Notes under the pieces: generated by a model
Told to the model about the DNA's origin: nothing
The model's input: the letters and a program-made list of their open reading frames with translations, nothing else
Database searches by the model: none
In this document: positions 40,153-57,318 of the stretch, piece after piece
How the letters are laid out: every line of letters begins with the position of its first letter
Numbering within the stretch: position 1 is the first letter of the stretch
Assembly (NCBI GenBank): GCA_951406725.2
Contig: OX597832.1
Location: 66,836,001 to 66,900,000, forward strand
Source: Octopus vulgaris
Lineage: Eukaryota
Direction: 5' to 3'
Length of the DNA stretch: 64,000 nt
Made by a program: the position numbers and the translations under genes

Positions 40153-40387
40153 TATTTCTTTATTACCCACAAGGGGCTAAACATATAAGGGACAAACAAG
40201 GACAGACATAGGTATTAAGTCGATTACATCGAGCCCAGTGCGTAACTGGTGCTTAATTTATCGACCCCAAAAGGATGAAAGGCAAAGTCGACCTCGGCGG
40301 AATTTGAACTCAGAACGTAACGGCAGACCAAATACCGCAAAGCATTTCGCCCAGCGTGCTAATGCTTCTGCCAGCTCGCCGCCTTCA
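40153..40387 (-). mobile_element. SINE family B, full length, 13-bp TSD (ACGGRCACATACC at 40140-40152 and 40388-40400)
   Basis: tRNA-like head GGCGGCGAGCTGGCAGAA with GAGTTCAAATTCC B-box; TSD visible. Confidence 0.88.
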
Positions 40388-41069
40388 ACGGACACATACC
40401 AGTACACGGACATACGTTCACATGCACATACACATGTACACACACACACAGACGCGTCTGCCCGTTCTCCTAGATACTCACATGCATACGTAGCACATAA
40501 GTACAAACATACATACATACCTGCGTATGTGCATACACACGTACATACGCACGTACATGTACACACACACATACATACGCACATGCATACGTGCGCATAT
40601 ACATATATACGCACATGCGTACGTACGTGCATACACACATACATACATACATAAACACATACATACGTATATATATATATATATATATAACCTGGGGGGA
40701 AAAAAGAGGTAAGTAATAGTAAAACAAAAGTTTTGTGATATAGAGATAAGTGACTGATAATAGGTCTTAGAGTTTTGTCGTGGGGGTGAGGGTCGTAAAT
40801 CACTTCCTAGCTTCGGCGGGGGAGGTTGAAATTTGATATTGTTGTGATGAGTGGTCAGTCTACATCTATCCCTCACTACAGGTTCATAGCTTTCAGTTTA
40901 TAGTGTGTGTGTGCGTGCATATACACACATACATATATATACATACATACACACGTGCGTACATACATACATGCATGCTTACATACATGCGTGCATACAT
41001 ACATACACACATACATACGTACATATATATAACGAACTAACTGTTACTTTCTCAGATGCAGCACGGATT

Positions 41070-41120
41070 TTTGACAGTGAACAGGTCGCGGTCTTAAAGC
41101 GGCGAAAATATTTTGACAAA
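41070..41120 (+). ncRNA. Hammerhead-like fold, G3-C8 core variant
   Basis: TTTGACA-GTGAACA-G-GTCGC-ggtcttaaa-GCGGC-GAA-AATATT-T-TGACAAA. Confidence 0.55.
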
Positions 41121-41304
41121 TTAAACTTAAATGTTGAAGTGAATCGAACGGCTTTTGTGTGTTTCTTAAATGGCTTACTAACACCTTCCATGCTGCAATT
41201 GTTTTCGTTTCAGCACACGATCTCAGATCAAATCACTTGCTATGCAGGTACATCTCCCTATATTATATATATATATATATACATATATATTATTTATATA
41301 TATG

Positions 41305-41383
<79 letters not shown>

Positions 41384-43356
41384 ATATGTATATATATATA
41401 TATTCATATATATATATATACATGTGTGTGTTTGTGTTTTTATGTGTAAGTATCTGTGCACATTGTGTGTGTGTGTTAAAGAATTGCTATATATTACATA
41501 TATGCAAAAACGATTGCAAAAAATCTATTCACTCTAATACATAGTCCATATCACTGTCATATCAGAGTAAATAACCTAAAATGCAGCAGAAAATTAATCA
41601 CCATTTCTTGGAATGCCGATGAAATTATTTGTTTGGTAAACTTTCAGAAAAAAAAAACCCAAACCTAATGACGTTTAATTCATTTTTGTTTCGAAATACG
41701 GAGTCGGGAGTCTCCGACTTCCCATTCAGTGTTGAACAAGAATCTCATTGACAACTTATTCCAAATGTTGGTTTCAAATGGCGTTAGTAAATATGCTTCT
41801 CATATTTACTTCGTTAACACCTCGTTTATTTATGTTTACATTTCTTATGGCAGTCTCTCAGGTTAAACGTTTCAGTCGATGCAGTTAAATGGCTGGTGCG
41901 GTATTTAGAATTGTTGTTATACAAGTTAAAAACATTCAAAAAGTTATGTGGTACAGAGTGATGCTAAATAAATTATTTCACTCATTTTCGCTAATATTTC
42001 GCCTCAAAACATTCTCGTCAATGCTGAAATTAAATAAAGACTTGATGTTCTTTGGGTTTTCCTCTCTCACTGAAACCATCAGGACATCGTCATTTTGTAT
42101 TCTGTGTTTGACTAATATACTCATCAGAATAAAATACTTCACTAATTTACTTTTGTATGGGTGTCGAACAAACGATATTCTCTGGAATTTCAGTTGACGC
42201 TCTTTCCGAATATAGAATAACAATATTTTCTTTTACTTCTTATTTTCATTCATTGAAAGAATGAGTGAGTGATTGGGCGTGTGTGTGAGAGAGAGAGAGA
42301 GTGAGTGAGAGAATGATAGAGAGGCAGACAGAAAAACAGACACAGAGAGACATATATAAGAGCTCGCAAATAATGTAGCAACTTTACTAATGAATAAAAT
42401 ATTCGTTACACAATATGGTTAATACAGATATTAATATATTAGCAGATTGATATTATCCGTTCTGATTATCACCATATCATTATATAATATATACAGTATG
42501 ACGTCTTCTGACATTTAACTTAATGAGAGCCTATTCAACAGAGCAGAATATCACGAGGTTTTTATTATATAGAACTCCAAATTACATTTTGTTAATTTTC
42601 CCAAGTTATACAAAATATTTCGAAATATAACTTTCGCAGACAAAACACGTAGCCACGATATAAACACTGCTTAATTGTCTGTGGTATGCGCTAAGTCGCA
42701 CACGTATGAGATATTGAAATCTTTCCTGTTGACAGCCGGTCCTTGGAAATTGGAGGAGATTAATGCTGAATCATGAGCGGGTGCCACGGCCTAATAAGAA
42801 GAGTTAAGATGTCACCTTTTTTTTGACAAAATTACCGTCCCTCTCTAAAAATTGATCATAAAAACATTTACTTACATATATAAAATTTAATTTTCAAAGA
42901 GCTTCCCGAAAATGTAGCCTTTCCTCGGTGTTATATACACTGATTTGGTAAATATAAATACAGAAGATTTACGCACCAAAAATTTGCCAAAAGCTGAAAA
43001 AAGAGCAATGCCAGTATGAACATTAATCTGACATTCTTTCCTAAACAAAGGCTAAGAATAATGGCCTAAAACCAGTCTGAAGGATCTGTCCTACGACTCG
43101 AGACTATATGAGTAGCCACTAAAGATCATGTCTTCATTATACATTTCATCTTTTACAGGAACGTTACCAAGAGTCAATTTGCATTTTGTCATTGCTACCA
43201 CAGTTCGTGGGCGTGAAATGTCTTAGGAATGAATGATAGCTCTTACTTCTATGTTGCCAATTATTGCATAATCATTTACAGATTTAAAATATCTCAGTGC
43301 AGAGAATCGATCGATCTAGTGATCTATATACCTCTCCTATACTATGATCATTATGA

Positions 43357-43512
<156 letters not shown>

Positions 43513-44499
43513 TGATACCCTTTAGTTACAGGTTTATCTTTAAATCAACAATATATCAAATCACGCTTTTATATAATATTTATTGAAGTAAATATTACTT
43601 TCTTTCCTCAGCACTTTTTAGGTCTAGCAGGTATATCACGACGATATTCAGATTATCCTGATTCTTACACCAAATGAAATATAGTTTCATCTATAGGATC
43701 CCTTCTATCATTAACCTCTATTATATCCTTTTATATTTATTGTATGAGAAATATTAATTTAAAAGAAAGGAGTCGATACATGAGCGCTCACAAGCGTAAA
43801 CTCACTTCATCAGTGCCATTAGCATCAGTGGTAGCTTGAATCTTGAATCCCACGAGCAATATGCTTCAGTTGAGACTTCATATTATCAAAAGATACTCCG
43901 TGGCCACCACATTTTGGAAACTATACTAGCGGAACACTGACGCTATTTTCATCCTACCAGTACTCATGATATATTGTAGCATACTCTAGAATTGGTGCAT
44001 CAGGGCTGGAAGTGATTCCAATAATCATATTTAATTTAAAGGAAAGTATATCGCTTACATAAATATCAGACGTACATTCATGAATCGTCAATTTAGAGGA
44101 ACTGAAGACTATTCTACATACATAGATATTTCAGAAGTGAATGCAAAATAAAAGAGCACCAAAGTTTGGCTCATATTTCGGTTTCCTTTCGATAAATGTA
44201 GCCGTCCCATCAAAACCCTTATCAAACTGACAATTATATTTCAGACGAATCCCAGAGTGAGTGGTGCCTATCTATTCGTACAACTGTAACTGTTCTCTTA
44301 GAGACTAGGCATATTCACGAGATATTTACATACCAAGAAGACATTTTTTAATTTCTTGAGAGGTAAAATTGAACGATCCTGCAGTAAATGAATCGCAACA
44401 ATGCATTTAGTGAACAATAAGGGGTGGGGGACTTTACACATACACCCACAAAAACCCACGCATATATATACATATATTTAAGTAAGCATATATTCACAT

Positions 44500-44812
44500 G
44501 CTAAAAACTGACGGTGTCGGTTACAATGACAAGTATTTCTGTTGATCCGATGAACAGAGCAGCCTGCTCGTGGCTGAGAACTCAACAGGCACATTTACCC
44601 ATAACGAAGTTCTCGGGGAGAATCAGCGTGACACAGGATGTGAGAAAGCTGGCTCTCTTCTATTATAGGTACGACACATTCTTCACAGCTGAGTGAACTG
44701 GAGCAACGTGAAAAAACGTGTCTTGCTGAAGAACACAACGCACCGGCGGCAATCGAAAAGACGATCTTATCATCGCGAGCTGAATGCCCCTAACCACTAA
44801 CCCATGCGCCTT
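44500..44812 (-). mobile_element. tRNA-derived SINE (family C)
   Basis: Minus strand GGCGCATGGGTTAGTGGTTAG (A-box)...TTCGATTGCC (B-box). Confidence 0.65.
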
Positions 44813-45366
44813 CAATTACACATATGTATCTAAATTGTAAGTATTTCATATTATATTCGTATTGGTATACATTTACACGCATTCGCACGCATACATACAT
44901 ATACGCACGCACACACACAGCACACACCACACACAAACATACACATGCACACAGAGGCGCGTGCAACCTCATAAATATATGTAATGAATTGTTAGATATA
45001 AAACATCTAGGCCGGTACTGTTCCAGCACTCAGTTATAATCCAACATATGGCGAAGTGTATCGAACAGTAAGGAGCACGTAGGGTTACTTGAATTAAGCG
45101 ATACCAGTGAATTTCATTCGATGTATAAATCCTGGGTTCCCTTCACTGGATTATAAATATCTTACAGGAGTGTATATCAACGAGAATGACAATGAATACA
45201 GAAATTAGTACATCTACATGTTTGTTATTTTCTTATTTCTAAAGTCCGTTTCGCAGCATATATATTTTCGAAAGTAACACAATGCTTCATGAAATTCGAG
45301 GTGTTTGTCAACAGAAATGTGCATTGGACGTTTTTTATATCAAGTATGTTGTGTAATTGACTGTAG

Positions 45367-45412
<46 letters not shown>

Positions 45413-45476
45413 TTATATATCTAAAATATATAAATGTTCGTATTCATTGCAATTGTCTTAGCTGTATATATATATA

Positions 45477-45544
<68 letters not shown>

Positions 45545-45603
45545 TGTATCTATATACCTTTGGGTATAACATTATAACGCATGGAATTTTATGTATATAT
45601 ATA

Positions 45604-45800
45604 TAGTTAATCCAAACAAGAAAACACAAAAGCAAAAAAACACAACAACGCGAGGACGTGGAACAAATAAAGTATTATTGGACGCTCAGGAAAGAAGGGA
45701 AGAAGGAGAGTTTAACGTTTCGAGCGGAGCTCTTCGTCGGAAACATAGGAGAAGGAAAGATCCCGAGAAGGGAAGCCAGAGGAAAAGCAATATATGCATA
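45604..45800 (-). mobile_element. PLE-type terminal fragment with variant HHR (45710-45744)
   Basis: Minus strand reads GTTT-CCGACGA-A-GAGC-tcc-GCTC-GAAAC-GTT-AAAC; starts at (TA)n. Confidence 0.55.
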
Positions 45801-46149
45801 TGACCCCGTGGGTGGACAGAGGAAGATGCGGAGCCTCATTCGTATGTTTTGAATTCGTTAGTATTGGATGTCGCAGATGGTTTGCCTGAAGTTACCCAAA
45901 TCAGATGGGTATGTTCGATTTTTAGTGCTCTCAAACTTAAATTTAATGAAATCTCTGTGCTGATGACGGGAATGTTACAATAGGGATGCATTTCTAGCAT
46001 CGCTATATCTGACTAACCCAGAAAGGCGTTCACAAGTAATATAATTTCGAGTGAACTATAGTTAATTTTCCCTCTATACCTAGGTGAATTGTTTTTGAGT
46101 ATACATTGTCTGGGAGACGCCTCTTATAGTAGACGAAATAGCTAAATTT

Positions 46150-46335
46150 TTGGCTGCTATTTCTAAAAGTTCGGTATGTGGTAAAACAAATTTCTTTTGC
46201 TAAACCCTAATTATATAAAGTAATGTTTAAAGTTACCGTAAATGATCCTTTTACATACTGAACACTCCTTGGTGAAATTATTAATTACTAAATAATTAAT
46301 TAATTTTGCCCTTTATTATTTTATTATTATTGACA
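46150..46335. repeat. Homolog of the right end of the 112-913 element, ending in (TA)n
   Basis: CTATTTCTAAA..TTCGGTATGTGGTAA..AAACCCT..CTTTTACAT..CTTGGTG..AATTAATTAATTT..CCCTT. Confidence 0.7.
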
Positions 46336-46363
46336 ATATATATATTTATATATATATATGTAC

Positions 46364-46426
<63 letters not shown>

Positions 46427-46456
46427 TATGTATATATACATATAGATATACGTATG

Positions 46457-46515
<59 letters not shown>

Positions 46516-47898
46516 ATATATATATATACATACTCAAAATAAGCAACAATGATATCCAAGGTAGTGTAGTACAATCGTTTCATGCTACTTCATTTTATTA
46601 AACAATGTAAGTATTCATCTGAATCTAAATTTTGCTGAACTTATATATATATATGTATATATATTTATATTTGTGTTTGTGTGTGTGTGTATGTATACAT
46701 ACGATACAAATTAATATATAATTAGACACGAACGTGCGCCCACACATAATTGGCAAGTATACAAATGGATAGAGATAGAGAGACACAGAGAGTGGATGCT
46801 GGTTAGCAGTTGACATGCTTCTTGCATTGATCCATTACGAAGATTCTTTGAAGCAATGAATAGCCAAAAAAAATTGTGTTGCATAACAATAATTTAAGAA
46901 CCAAGCAACAAATATATATTATAATATTATCAAGGGAGTATTTTCAGCCACAATCGAAAAATATATTTCACAAAATGTTAATAGAATTCATATGAAATTT
47001 TGGGGAAAAAATAACAACAAAACAAAATCAACAGTTATTATGAATTCAGAACTCTGGAATATTGGAATGAAAAAGGGGTAACCAAAACAGTACAAACAGA
47101 AAATCTGTATGTTTATTGGAAAAATATAAATATATTTGACAAAAAATATATATAATGATATTCATTAGTATTATCAATTTTACACATCATTGCTCGTAAC
47201 CCAGATACAGAGCTTTGGAAAACGTTCGGGGAATAAATGAACTCCCTTTATTTGAGGTTGTCTTATTTCTAAAGGAATATCTCCAAATTGTTGCATAGCG
47301 ATGAGAAAACAAAAAGAAAATATACGAAAAAAGAAAAGAGGAAAAGAAATACAAGAAATAAAAGAAGGCCAAAGAACAAAATATATTACTCATTGTTTGA
47401 CCTCAGATTCATAAACGCACAAAGGAACAGGAAAATGCACGCATATAAAGAAAACCGAACACTCATACACATACAATAGAAACAAAAGCATATATATAGA
47501 TACATATATATATATATATGCATATATGTGCGTGTATGAGTGTATGTGTGTGTATACATGCACAAAGTGTGCATGCACGTGTTTAGGATATATATATATA
47601 TATGTGTGTGTGTATGTTTGTATGTATGAAGATGTATATGTATACACGTCTCTATGTGCACATTGAATAATAAATGAGGGAGTCACTTAAAGTAGCCAGT
47701 CAATATGAACATATTAAAATGCAAATTTGTCGTGTTATTGTCATGCGTAATCATATGTCACCAACCTAACTGGGGATATAAAGCTACAAATAAATGTATA
47801 GTTATTATTCTCTTAGCAGCCACCTTAAAATTCATAGCTACTTAAGTCATTCCCCTTTTCGTTCTCTGTGCATGGTGTATAAGGCTACACACACACAC

Positions 47899-47999
<101 letters not shown>

Positions 48000-48601
48000 T
48001 TATATGTACTTCATACATTATGATTGCTTTAACCTTGTTACATGATAGCCGTCTCACATTCGGCCTAATTGATCGGATTTCCTTTCATTTTTGCATGTGC
48101 GTGGATATGACTTTCCACACCAATCATCTATAGACGTAGGATTCAGAAATTAGATGATAGTGAGGCAAACTGTACGTCTTTCAACGTAAGTCACAAAATC
48201 TTGTACAACGATTTTGCAAATCTCTCCCTCGCCACAGTACCTCCCAATGACAACCATTGTAAGATAGTTGGTACTATTTTGATTGCAAAAGTTTTTGTTA
48301 GAGTATCATTATCTTAGAAGGGCTGCGTTCACCACGGCTTTGTTAAAAGTAACGAGACCGTCCCAGTAAGCAAAAGATGGGAATTAATTTGACGGGTACG
48401 TCCATTCTGGCTCAGAACGGACCTGGAAGTAATGGTAAACTCCGCGCATTCTACAACTCTAGAACTCTCGAATTTGAGCCTGAAATATGAATGCAGTTTA
48501 ATATGTTACCCTGAGCACAAACATATATGCATGCATACATACATGCATACATACATCTGTATATATATTACTATATACATACATACCTATATATATATAT
48601 A

Positions 48602-48773
48602 GATAAATTAAGAAATGGAGTCGAACTCAGGTGTTATTCAAATCATTTATACTTCCAACATATGTATCGAGGAAAGCATTGAGATTATTACGGCGGGAAT
48701 AATCTCAATACATATGTTGGATATATAATTGATTTGAATAACACCTGCGTTTGACTCCATTTTTTAATTTATC
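48602..48773. repeat. 172-bp foldback (outer arms ~68 bp, inner hairpin 48678-48709) adjacent to (TA)n
   Basis: GATAAATTAAGAAATGGAGTC...CCAACATATGTA pairs with TACATATGTTGG...GACTCCATTTTTTAATTTATC. Confidence 0.8.
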
Positions 48774-48940
48774 CATGTTATAGAACAACATTTCAATTAA
48801 CCCTGAAATATCTACCGTTATAAGTAGGTTGTAAACTTCTTCGCATTTATGTGAATTTTTGCTACCATGGTAACTATTCATTATTTTTTTCCGTGTTTTC
48901 TGTATGCGTTGAAAAAACTCAAACACACACACACACACGC

Positions 48941-48983
<43 letters not shown>

Positions 48984-49015
48984 CACACACGCACACACAC
49001 ACATACATATATATA

Positions 49016-49063
<48 letters not shown>

Positions 49064-49378
49064 CTTATATTAACATTAATAATAATAAAAAGTATGGAGA
49101 CTTGTACATCCACAAAATTTATTTCATATTTATATACATCATATCATAATTATCTACACGTGTTTCCGCTGCAGCTACAAGTCACTGTTGCAAATGGAAC
49201 ACTGCAATATTGTCGGTCCCGCTTCATCACGGTCTCTTCATTTGGTCATCCTCGAAGTGAACTGATTGGAAGAATGTATTGTTAGTTAGTGTTCTGTGGG
49301 AGGTGGGGGTGTTTTTATTTCGAAATACGTGTTCTTCAGCTCAACATCATTCTAGTCACTGTCCTAAGTTAAGGCTTG

Positions 49379-49425
49379 GTTTTAAAATAGGCTAAATTCC
49401 AGATTGTTGTTTTCGTGTGTCTATG

Positions 49426-49465
<40 letters not shown>

Positions 49466-49598
49466 GACACACATACATCCACAAATACTAAGCAGCCCAA
49501 CAAAAAAGATATAAACAAACTGGCATCCTTTAATACAAGCACCACAATAGTAAGATCCTTGCGAAAAAAGCAATCTGGAATTTAGCCTATTTTAAAAC
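49379..49598. repeat. 28-bp perfect inverted repeat (49379-49406 / 49571-49598) around a (TA)n tract
   Basis: GTTTTAAAATAGGCTAAATTCCAGATTG and CAATCTGGAATTTAGCCTATTTTAAAAC. Confidence 0.8.
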
Positions 49599-49741
49599 TA
49601 TATTAAATAATGAAGGTAGAACTTGATATCAATCAATTAACATCAATTTAAACGAGTGGTCTAGCATATAAAAAAAATCCGAAGATTTAAAAATTATATT
49701 ACAATTAATAAGAGGAATTCCTCTTATAAATTGCATATATA

Positions 49742-51080
<1,339 letters not shown>

Positions 51081-53897
51081 GAAAAGATGTGTGGAAAATA
51101 AACAAACGATATCACGTATCCTGGATGTAGATACAAACGGGAGACAATCAGAAGGTCCGTAATTCTTCATCAGTTATCAACCAATTGGTAATGTTCATTT
51201 CGGCACCTTTAATGATAAGACTGAGCTCTATCCAGTTGGTGGTGCCTGCAAAAATAAAATGCTTTCTTGTGGAGAATTAGGGACAAGAACAAACAAAACA
51301 AATCAAGCAAAACGATACAGAGTGGGATTGAAGACGGTGGACAAGGACTAACAGTGAAACAAAATACGGCCCTGAAGCCAAGGAGACGACTGTAGTGATA
51401 GAATAACTCGAGGTAGAATTACAGAAGTCAGTTTTGATTACTTAATATATATAATTCACGCAAGAAAAGAAGTTGTGGGATTTCAATATTTTCTTTCGCT
51501 AAGAAATATCATTGAAATGTTAGTTGCCCTCCATTCTATCAAATTGGCCATGGGGTAGTAAGAAGTTCAAGTATAATAACAAGATACCAAGTCATGGCAT
51601 CAGCTTTCATAAATATCTTTATGACAATTGGAAGTGTAACTTAGTTCGGTGTCTCATACTAAAGGCATACAAACTTCAATAACTTTATGATTCCTTGCGC
51701 TAATCAAGAACATAATCAAGAATAATGATTTCACTTTGGAATATAATCAAAATCAGTACCACTTACTGGTTATTTTGATCTCGAGAAACATACTAATATT
51801 GAAAGTGGCATCTACTAGAAACGAAGAAATATTTGATTTTTACTTAGATATATCTAGCAGAAGCATTTGAATAGCTGTATCGATTTAAGAAACTCGAAAT
51901 AGGATCTGCTAGAAACACAGTCTCCTGTACTCTTAATTGAAATCGAAATTGCAAAAGCAACGGTGTCTTTGCTGCTAGAATTAGTAGATTTCTTTAGCTA
52001 TAACTTACCGTCTAATACGAGAAACAATTTTAATGGCCACCTTTGCTGAGAGCTTTGCATTCCGAAAGTGTCTCAAGCCTAAACCAAAAATATAACAATC
52101 ATTGCAGCTTCTATGTTGCTATTCTACCTGATAGAAAGAAGAGATATTTCTCTACAAAAAGCTTTCAAATTCCCTCAATGTATTATGCAAATATCTATTA
52201 TTCATAATTTTCATTGATTGAATACATTTGATGGATGATCTGCTTGTTGGAAGGGGATAAATGACTACACCACACCCCACCCAAAAAACTGTCTGCATCT
52301 TTAGTGGAGTGTCCAAAAATAGCTGTCCATTCTCTGTTTCAAATATGATCCCTTCTTATTACTATTATTACTTATTATTATACTTATTATTATTACTTAT
52401 TATTATTATTAAACTTAGAAATGTCATTGATCGGCTGTCTTCGACGCGAGATGAGTAACGATTAAACTGAGACGCTTCAAAAGAGCAGCTACTTTTTTTA
52501 CTACAGTTAACAGCCAATTGTGCCTTTCATGTTTGCAATGTGTCTCATAAAGGTTGGAAATCGCATTGCTTAGTTACGTTTGATGATGAAAGGGCAATTG
52601 CGATTTAAGCAACAACACTATAATAGCGGCAGTTTCTGTAAGGGCAGAAATAGCTGCTGAGAAATGCAGCTGCTTCTGCCTTAACTAACATTGTGTCTTC
52701 ACTGGAAAGGAAGGACGTAGAGGATAATATTGTAAAAGATATACATAGGAGCCTATTACAGATACACAATATCATCTATATCATCTCTTACATTCCAAAT
52801 CGATATGCTTTGACTTAAGTATAACAAAACTAATCTAGCTCTCTCAGATTTGATTGTAATCTGAGTCTGTTATATCATTTCGAATATACCTATAAAGGTC
52901 ACAGGTATTCGAACTTGCTATCTACTATTTGTTTTCAACACATTCACTGCAGTATATTTTTAATCACACGATTCTAAACAAAATACAGTGATTTTTTCCT
53001 CACTCCAATGGTTATAAAAGAGATATATGTAGATTAAGCCCAACAGTATTTCCCACATTATCTCTCTGTTGTCAGTGACAATATGATTTCTTCATAGTCT
53101 CTACATTTACTTGACTTGTTGTGCCAGGTCAAAGAAAGAATTTCCACAAACTTTTGGCATCTATACAGACTCCTACTCTATTCTCTTGTTGCCATGCCGA
53201 TCCTATCAATGTAAGTAATTATTACTTATATTAATGGTACATACAAAACTAATCTAAGCTCTTCTATGCTTATTGTAATGGTCTTTCTCACATCAAACAC
53301 TTGCTGCTCAATAATAAATAACAAAGAAGGAAAAAAAACAGCCAGATATATCGTATCTCTTATATCGGAAGAATATCAATACATGAGAGCAAAGGACAAA
53401 ATTACATGAAATAAAATATTTACAAATGGAACGTGTGTGATCTGTATTACAACAGATTGATCTGATATATGTCCTATTTCTGTTCATTTACATTGGCAGA
53501 CTTCCAAATGATCGCTCAACAGAATACACAGATATCGATAAATTTTTCTGTAGGCATACGGCCAATCATACGCTTTTTTCACCTTGTGCTTTTTTCCCAT
53601 CGAAGCTGGTATAGCTGATTCCCTCAATCCCCTTTTGTATTTCTGGTATTTATTAGATAACCGACGAAGGGAGTTAATTCAAATTCACCTCTTATAGTAA
53701 CTCCATTCATTCTTTTGTTTGGTAGAGGAACTGCTTTCTAAATAATATTTAAATACAAAAGAAAGACTGTCTTAGTGCTTGGCCAAATACATGTGCATAG
53801 ACGTGCTCAGTTAGTCAAACAATCAATCAGTCAGTCGGCCACTCGCTCATGCAGTCACTCAATCACGTACTTACACAGAAACACACACACACAGGCA

Positions 53898-54040
53898 CAG
53901 CGTAGCTGTGTGGTAAGTAGATTGCTTCCCAGCCACATGGTTCTGGTTCCAGTTTTACTGCGTGGAACCTTGAGCGAGTTTCCTCTACTCTAACCTTGGG
54001 CGGATCAAAGCCTTGTGAGTTGATTTTGTAAACGGAAAAT
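53898..54040 (+). mobile_element. SINE family A 5' half
   Basis: GCTGTGTGGTAAGTAG...AAAGCCTTGTGAGT. Confidence 0.7.
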
Positions 54041-54540
54041 AACTAAGGAAGAGACATGCTCAAGACGAGGAAAAATTCCCATTGAAGTATTCTGTGAAAT
54101 ATCCGACGTACCAGGTCTAAAATTAATAGGGTCCCGTAAAACCAGCGTGAGGAAAAGGGAGCAGACTGAACGCCTTGCGATAATACCTAAGCAGAACAGA
54201 TACTAAAATGAAGAAATAACTAGATAAAAAAGTTCCTTATTCCGTTGGAACACTAAACTCAAAAGGGGGAGGGGCGCTGTGCGAGAGTACGACGCCTCCT
54301 GGCGGGAATGGACTGGACTTCTCCATATAAATAGTAGCGGTGTGAGTAAGTGAGGTATTTGGTGTTAGTCCCATAGTTCGTGTCTTGATAGTTGAAAATT
54401 GGTGTTCCAAGTTTACAGTTCCAGTTAGCGTGTCGGATTGGTGGTTCTTAAAACATTGTTGTTACTTTCCGTGTGGTAACTGTTTTTTTGTTCCGAATAT
54501 ATTGTTATTACACTGTTGTTATAGCCATAAGGATATAACA

Positions 54541-54590
<50 letters not shown>

Positions 54591-54834
54591 TGCTCCTGTA
54601 TGATAAAACTTAATATTTATTTAATCAGTGAGATATTAGACTAAGTCAATTGAAGATCAGACAACAGACTCAGTAGTTGTCAGTTTGTATTCTGTCATTT
54701 GTAACTTCAACACAAGAGAGTCTCTTTCTCAAGTATGGACTTTATGAAATTTTACTCATCATACATTGAAGGACAAATCTTTCAATTTACAATTCAATAT
54801 AGTGGAGCATTTAGTATATATATATATATATTCT

Positions 54835-55133
54835 TTTCTTCCGACCAGGCTATCAGATGTTGTTACACATCGCTGGTCACAATGCGCTTTGCATTGTTTT
54901 AGCCTTCAAATGACGCCACCCCGCTGGCCAAGCGAGCAGGCCAACAGAAGAAAGAGTGAGAGAAAGTTGTGGCGAAAGAGTACAGCAGGGAACGCCACCA
55001 CCCCCTGCCGGAGCCTCGTGAAGCTTTAGGGGGTTTCGCTCAATAAACACTCACAACGGCCGGTCTGGGAATCGAAACCGTGATCCTACGATCGCGAGTC
55101 CGCTGCCCTAACTACTAGGCCATTGCGCTTCCA
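54835..55133 (-). mobile_element. tRNA-derived SINE (family D) flanked by (TA)n
   Basis: Minus strand GGAAGCGCAATGGCCTAGTAGTTAGGGCAGCGGACTCGCGATCG...GGTTTCGATTCCC (A and B boxes), followed by a non-tRNA body. Confidence 0.75.
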
Positions 55134-55144
55134 TATATATATTA

Positions 55145-55247
<103 letters not shown>

Positions 55248-56151
55248 CCATATATATATTAACTATTATATACATTATATTATTTTTGTAATTTACTTAA
55301 TCTTTACTTTTTAATTGTTATTTTAATTTTAACTTTTCTATGATATGTAATTTTCTAGATGGTGTAATTTAATTATTAATTTTGAATTGATAACTGTGTT
55401 GTTTTCTAATATTTTTTATATATATATATATAGTGGTATAACTATCAACACAATTATTTCTCCTCCCTTTTTTTCTCTTCTCCTTTCTTCCCTTCTCCAA
55501 ACTCACAGACACTAACACACACGCGAGCGCACACACACACACACCTCCACAAAATAATAATAAAAATAATTCTTCTTCTCTAAACCCCAAAAACCATTTG
55601 ACCAGACCTCATTAAACACACACGCACACACACTCTCTCACAATGATAAAAATAAATATAATTAATGCTCTACCTCCCCGCCACCACACACTCAATAACA
55701 CTATGAAATGATCAAAAGTGAAATTCTTTTCCCCCAAGATCTTAGACCTCCCCTTAGAGTAAGCATGCTGTCCAGCAGAGCAAAAAAATTATTTTCTTCT
55801 TCTTCCCTCTCCTTTCCCCTCTTTTTCTTTAGCACTCATTCCAAATACAAAAGCACACACACACGCACGCACACACACACACACACACATGCACACATGC
55901 TCTCTCTCTCTCACTGTCTCCTTATCCATCACCCTCTTGTACTGTCTGATATTCCTCCCTACCACTACAAACTGAATACCACTATAAAATGGTCAAAACT
56001 TTTCACACAGGAACTTAGTTTGATTTGAAAACCCCACTAGAATGCGAGAAAGCGCTAATACATGATCTAAGTTATATGATGTATAAAAACATGTAATGTA
56101 CAAATAAATATCTGTAAATATAAACCTTCCGATTTTCTGAGTACCCCATTT

Positions 56152-56208
<57 letters not shown>

Positions 56209-56608
56209 CAATTAAGGACAACTTCTTAATAACGAAAACTTAACAAGAAATTATCGGGTAGATAGCGTGAAAGACCTCATGAGAGAAAAAATTTCGAAAA
56301 AACTCTTCCTTTCCCGAAATGCAATTCGTAAAAGTCTGCCATTTACCGGATGTAATATATGTAAACTCACCCATGTACTTCGTTGATGTTGATCAGTTAG
56401 CTGCTCGGCTTAGACGAGGTAGGGTCGTTTATTTATAATACGTCCAGGCTTGCTGATGAATACAGAGGTATGAAATCACAGGTGATACAAGTCCATATTT
56501 TTAAATGTCTTACTTTGAAAAATTGCATTCGGTGGGATTAGTAAAATTTTTAGTAGAAATGACTTATTTTTTCACTCTTAGCGTGTGTCATGTATTTATA
56601 ATAATGCC

Positions 56609-56665
<57 letters not shown>

Positions 56666-56691
56666 ATATTAAATTAGAGACATATATATAT

Positions 56692-56734
<43 letters not shown>

Positions 56735-56741
<7 letters not shown>

Positions 56742-56847
56742 TTAGTGAATTGAAGAAATGGAGTTGAACGAAGATTGAACAGAAATCGTTTTATTGCATT
56801 CTACACGTGTTTCGAAAGGCACAATTCTTCAATTCACTAATAATATT
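56735..56847. repeat. 23-bp inverted repeat enclosing an HHR half-motif (GAAAC-ACGT-GTA, minus)
   Basis: AATATTATTAGTGAATTGAAGAA and TTCTTCAATTCACTAATAATATT. The start AAGAAATGGAGTTGAAC resembles 48610. Confidence 0.65.
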
Positions 56848-57000
56848 AAAATTCAATTATCCGCACCAACGCACGGTTGCAACACCACATGGTTGTATCT
56901 CCAACCGTGCTGTCTTCTGCTGTGATTTTTGCTACCAAGGTATCGGTTAAACTTTTGATTAATCTGCAACAAGATTATTCATCTTTCTATTTCACAAAAA

Positions 57001-57074
<74 letters not shown>

Positions 57075-57109
57075 TATAATTCATATATATACTATATATA
57101 CGTAATGTA

Positions 57110-57267
57110 TGCGCAGGAGTGGCTGTGTGGTAAGTAGCTTGCTTACCAACCACATGGTTTCGGGTTCAGTCCCAATGCGTGGCACCTTGGGCAAGTGTCT
57201 TCTACTATAGACTAAAGCCTTGTGAGTGGATTTGATAGACGGAAACTGAAAGAAGCCCGTCGGATAC

Positions 57268-57318
<51 letters not shown>

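Noticed and set aside
46560-46625. ATGAATA...GAAACGATTGTA (minus), possible second A3-U8 HHR
   Set aside because: Stem I is only 2 bp and stem II is out of register; cannot support.
55060-55133. tRNA gene
   Set aside because: tRNA-like head continues into a SINE body; no acceptor stem closure.
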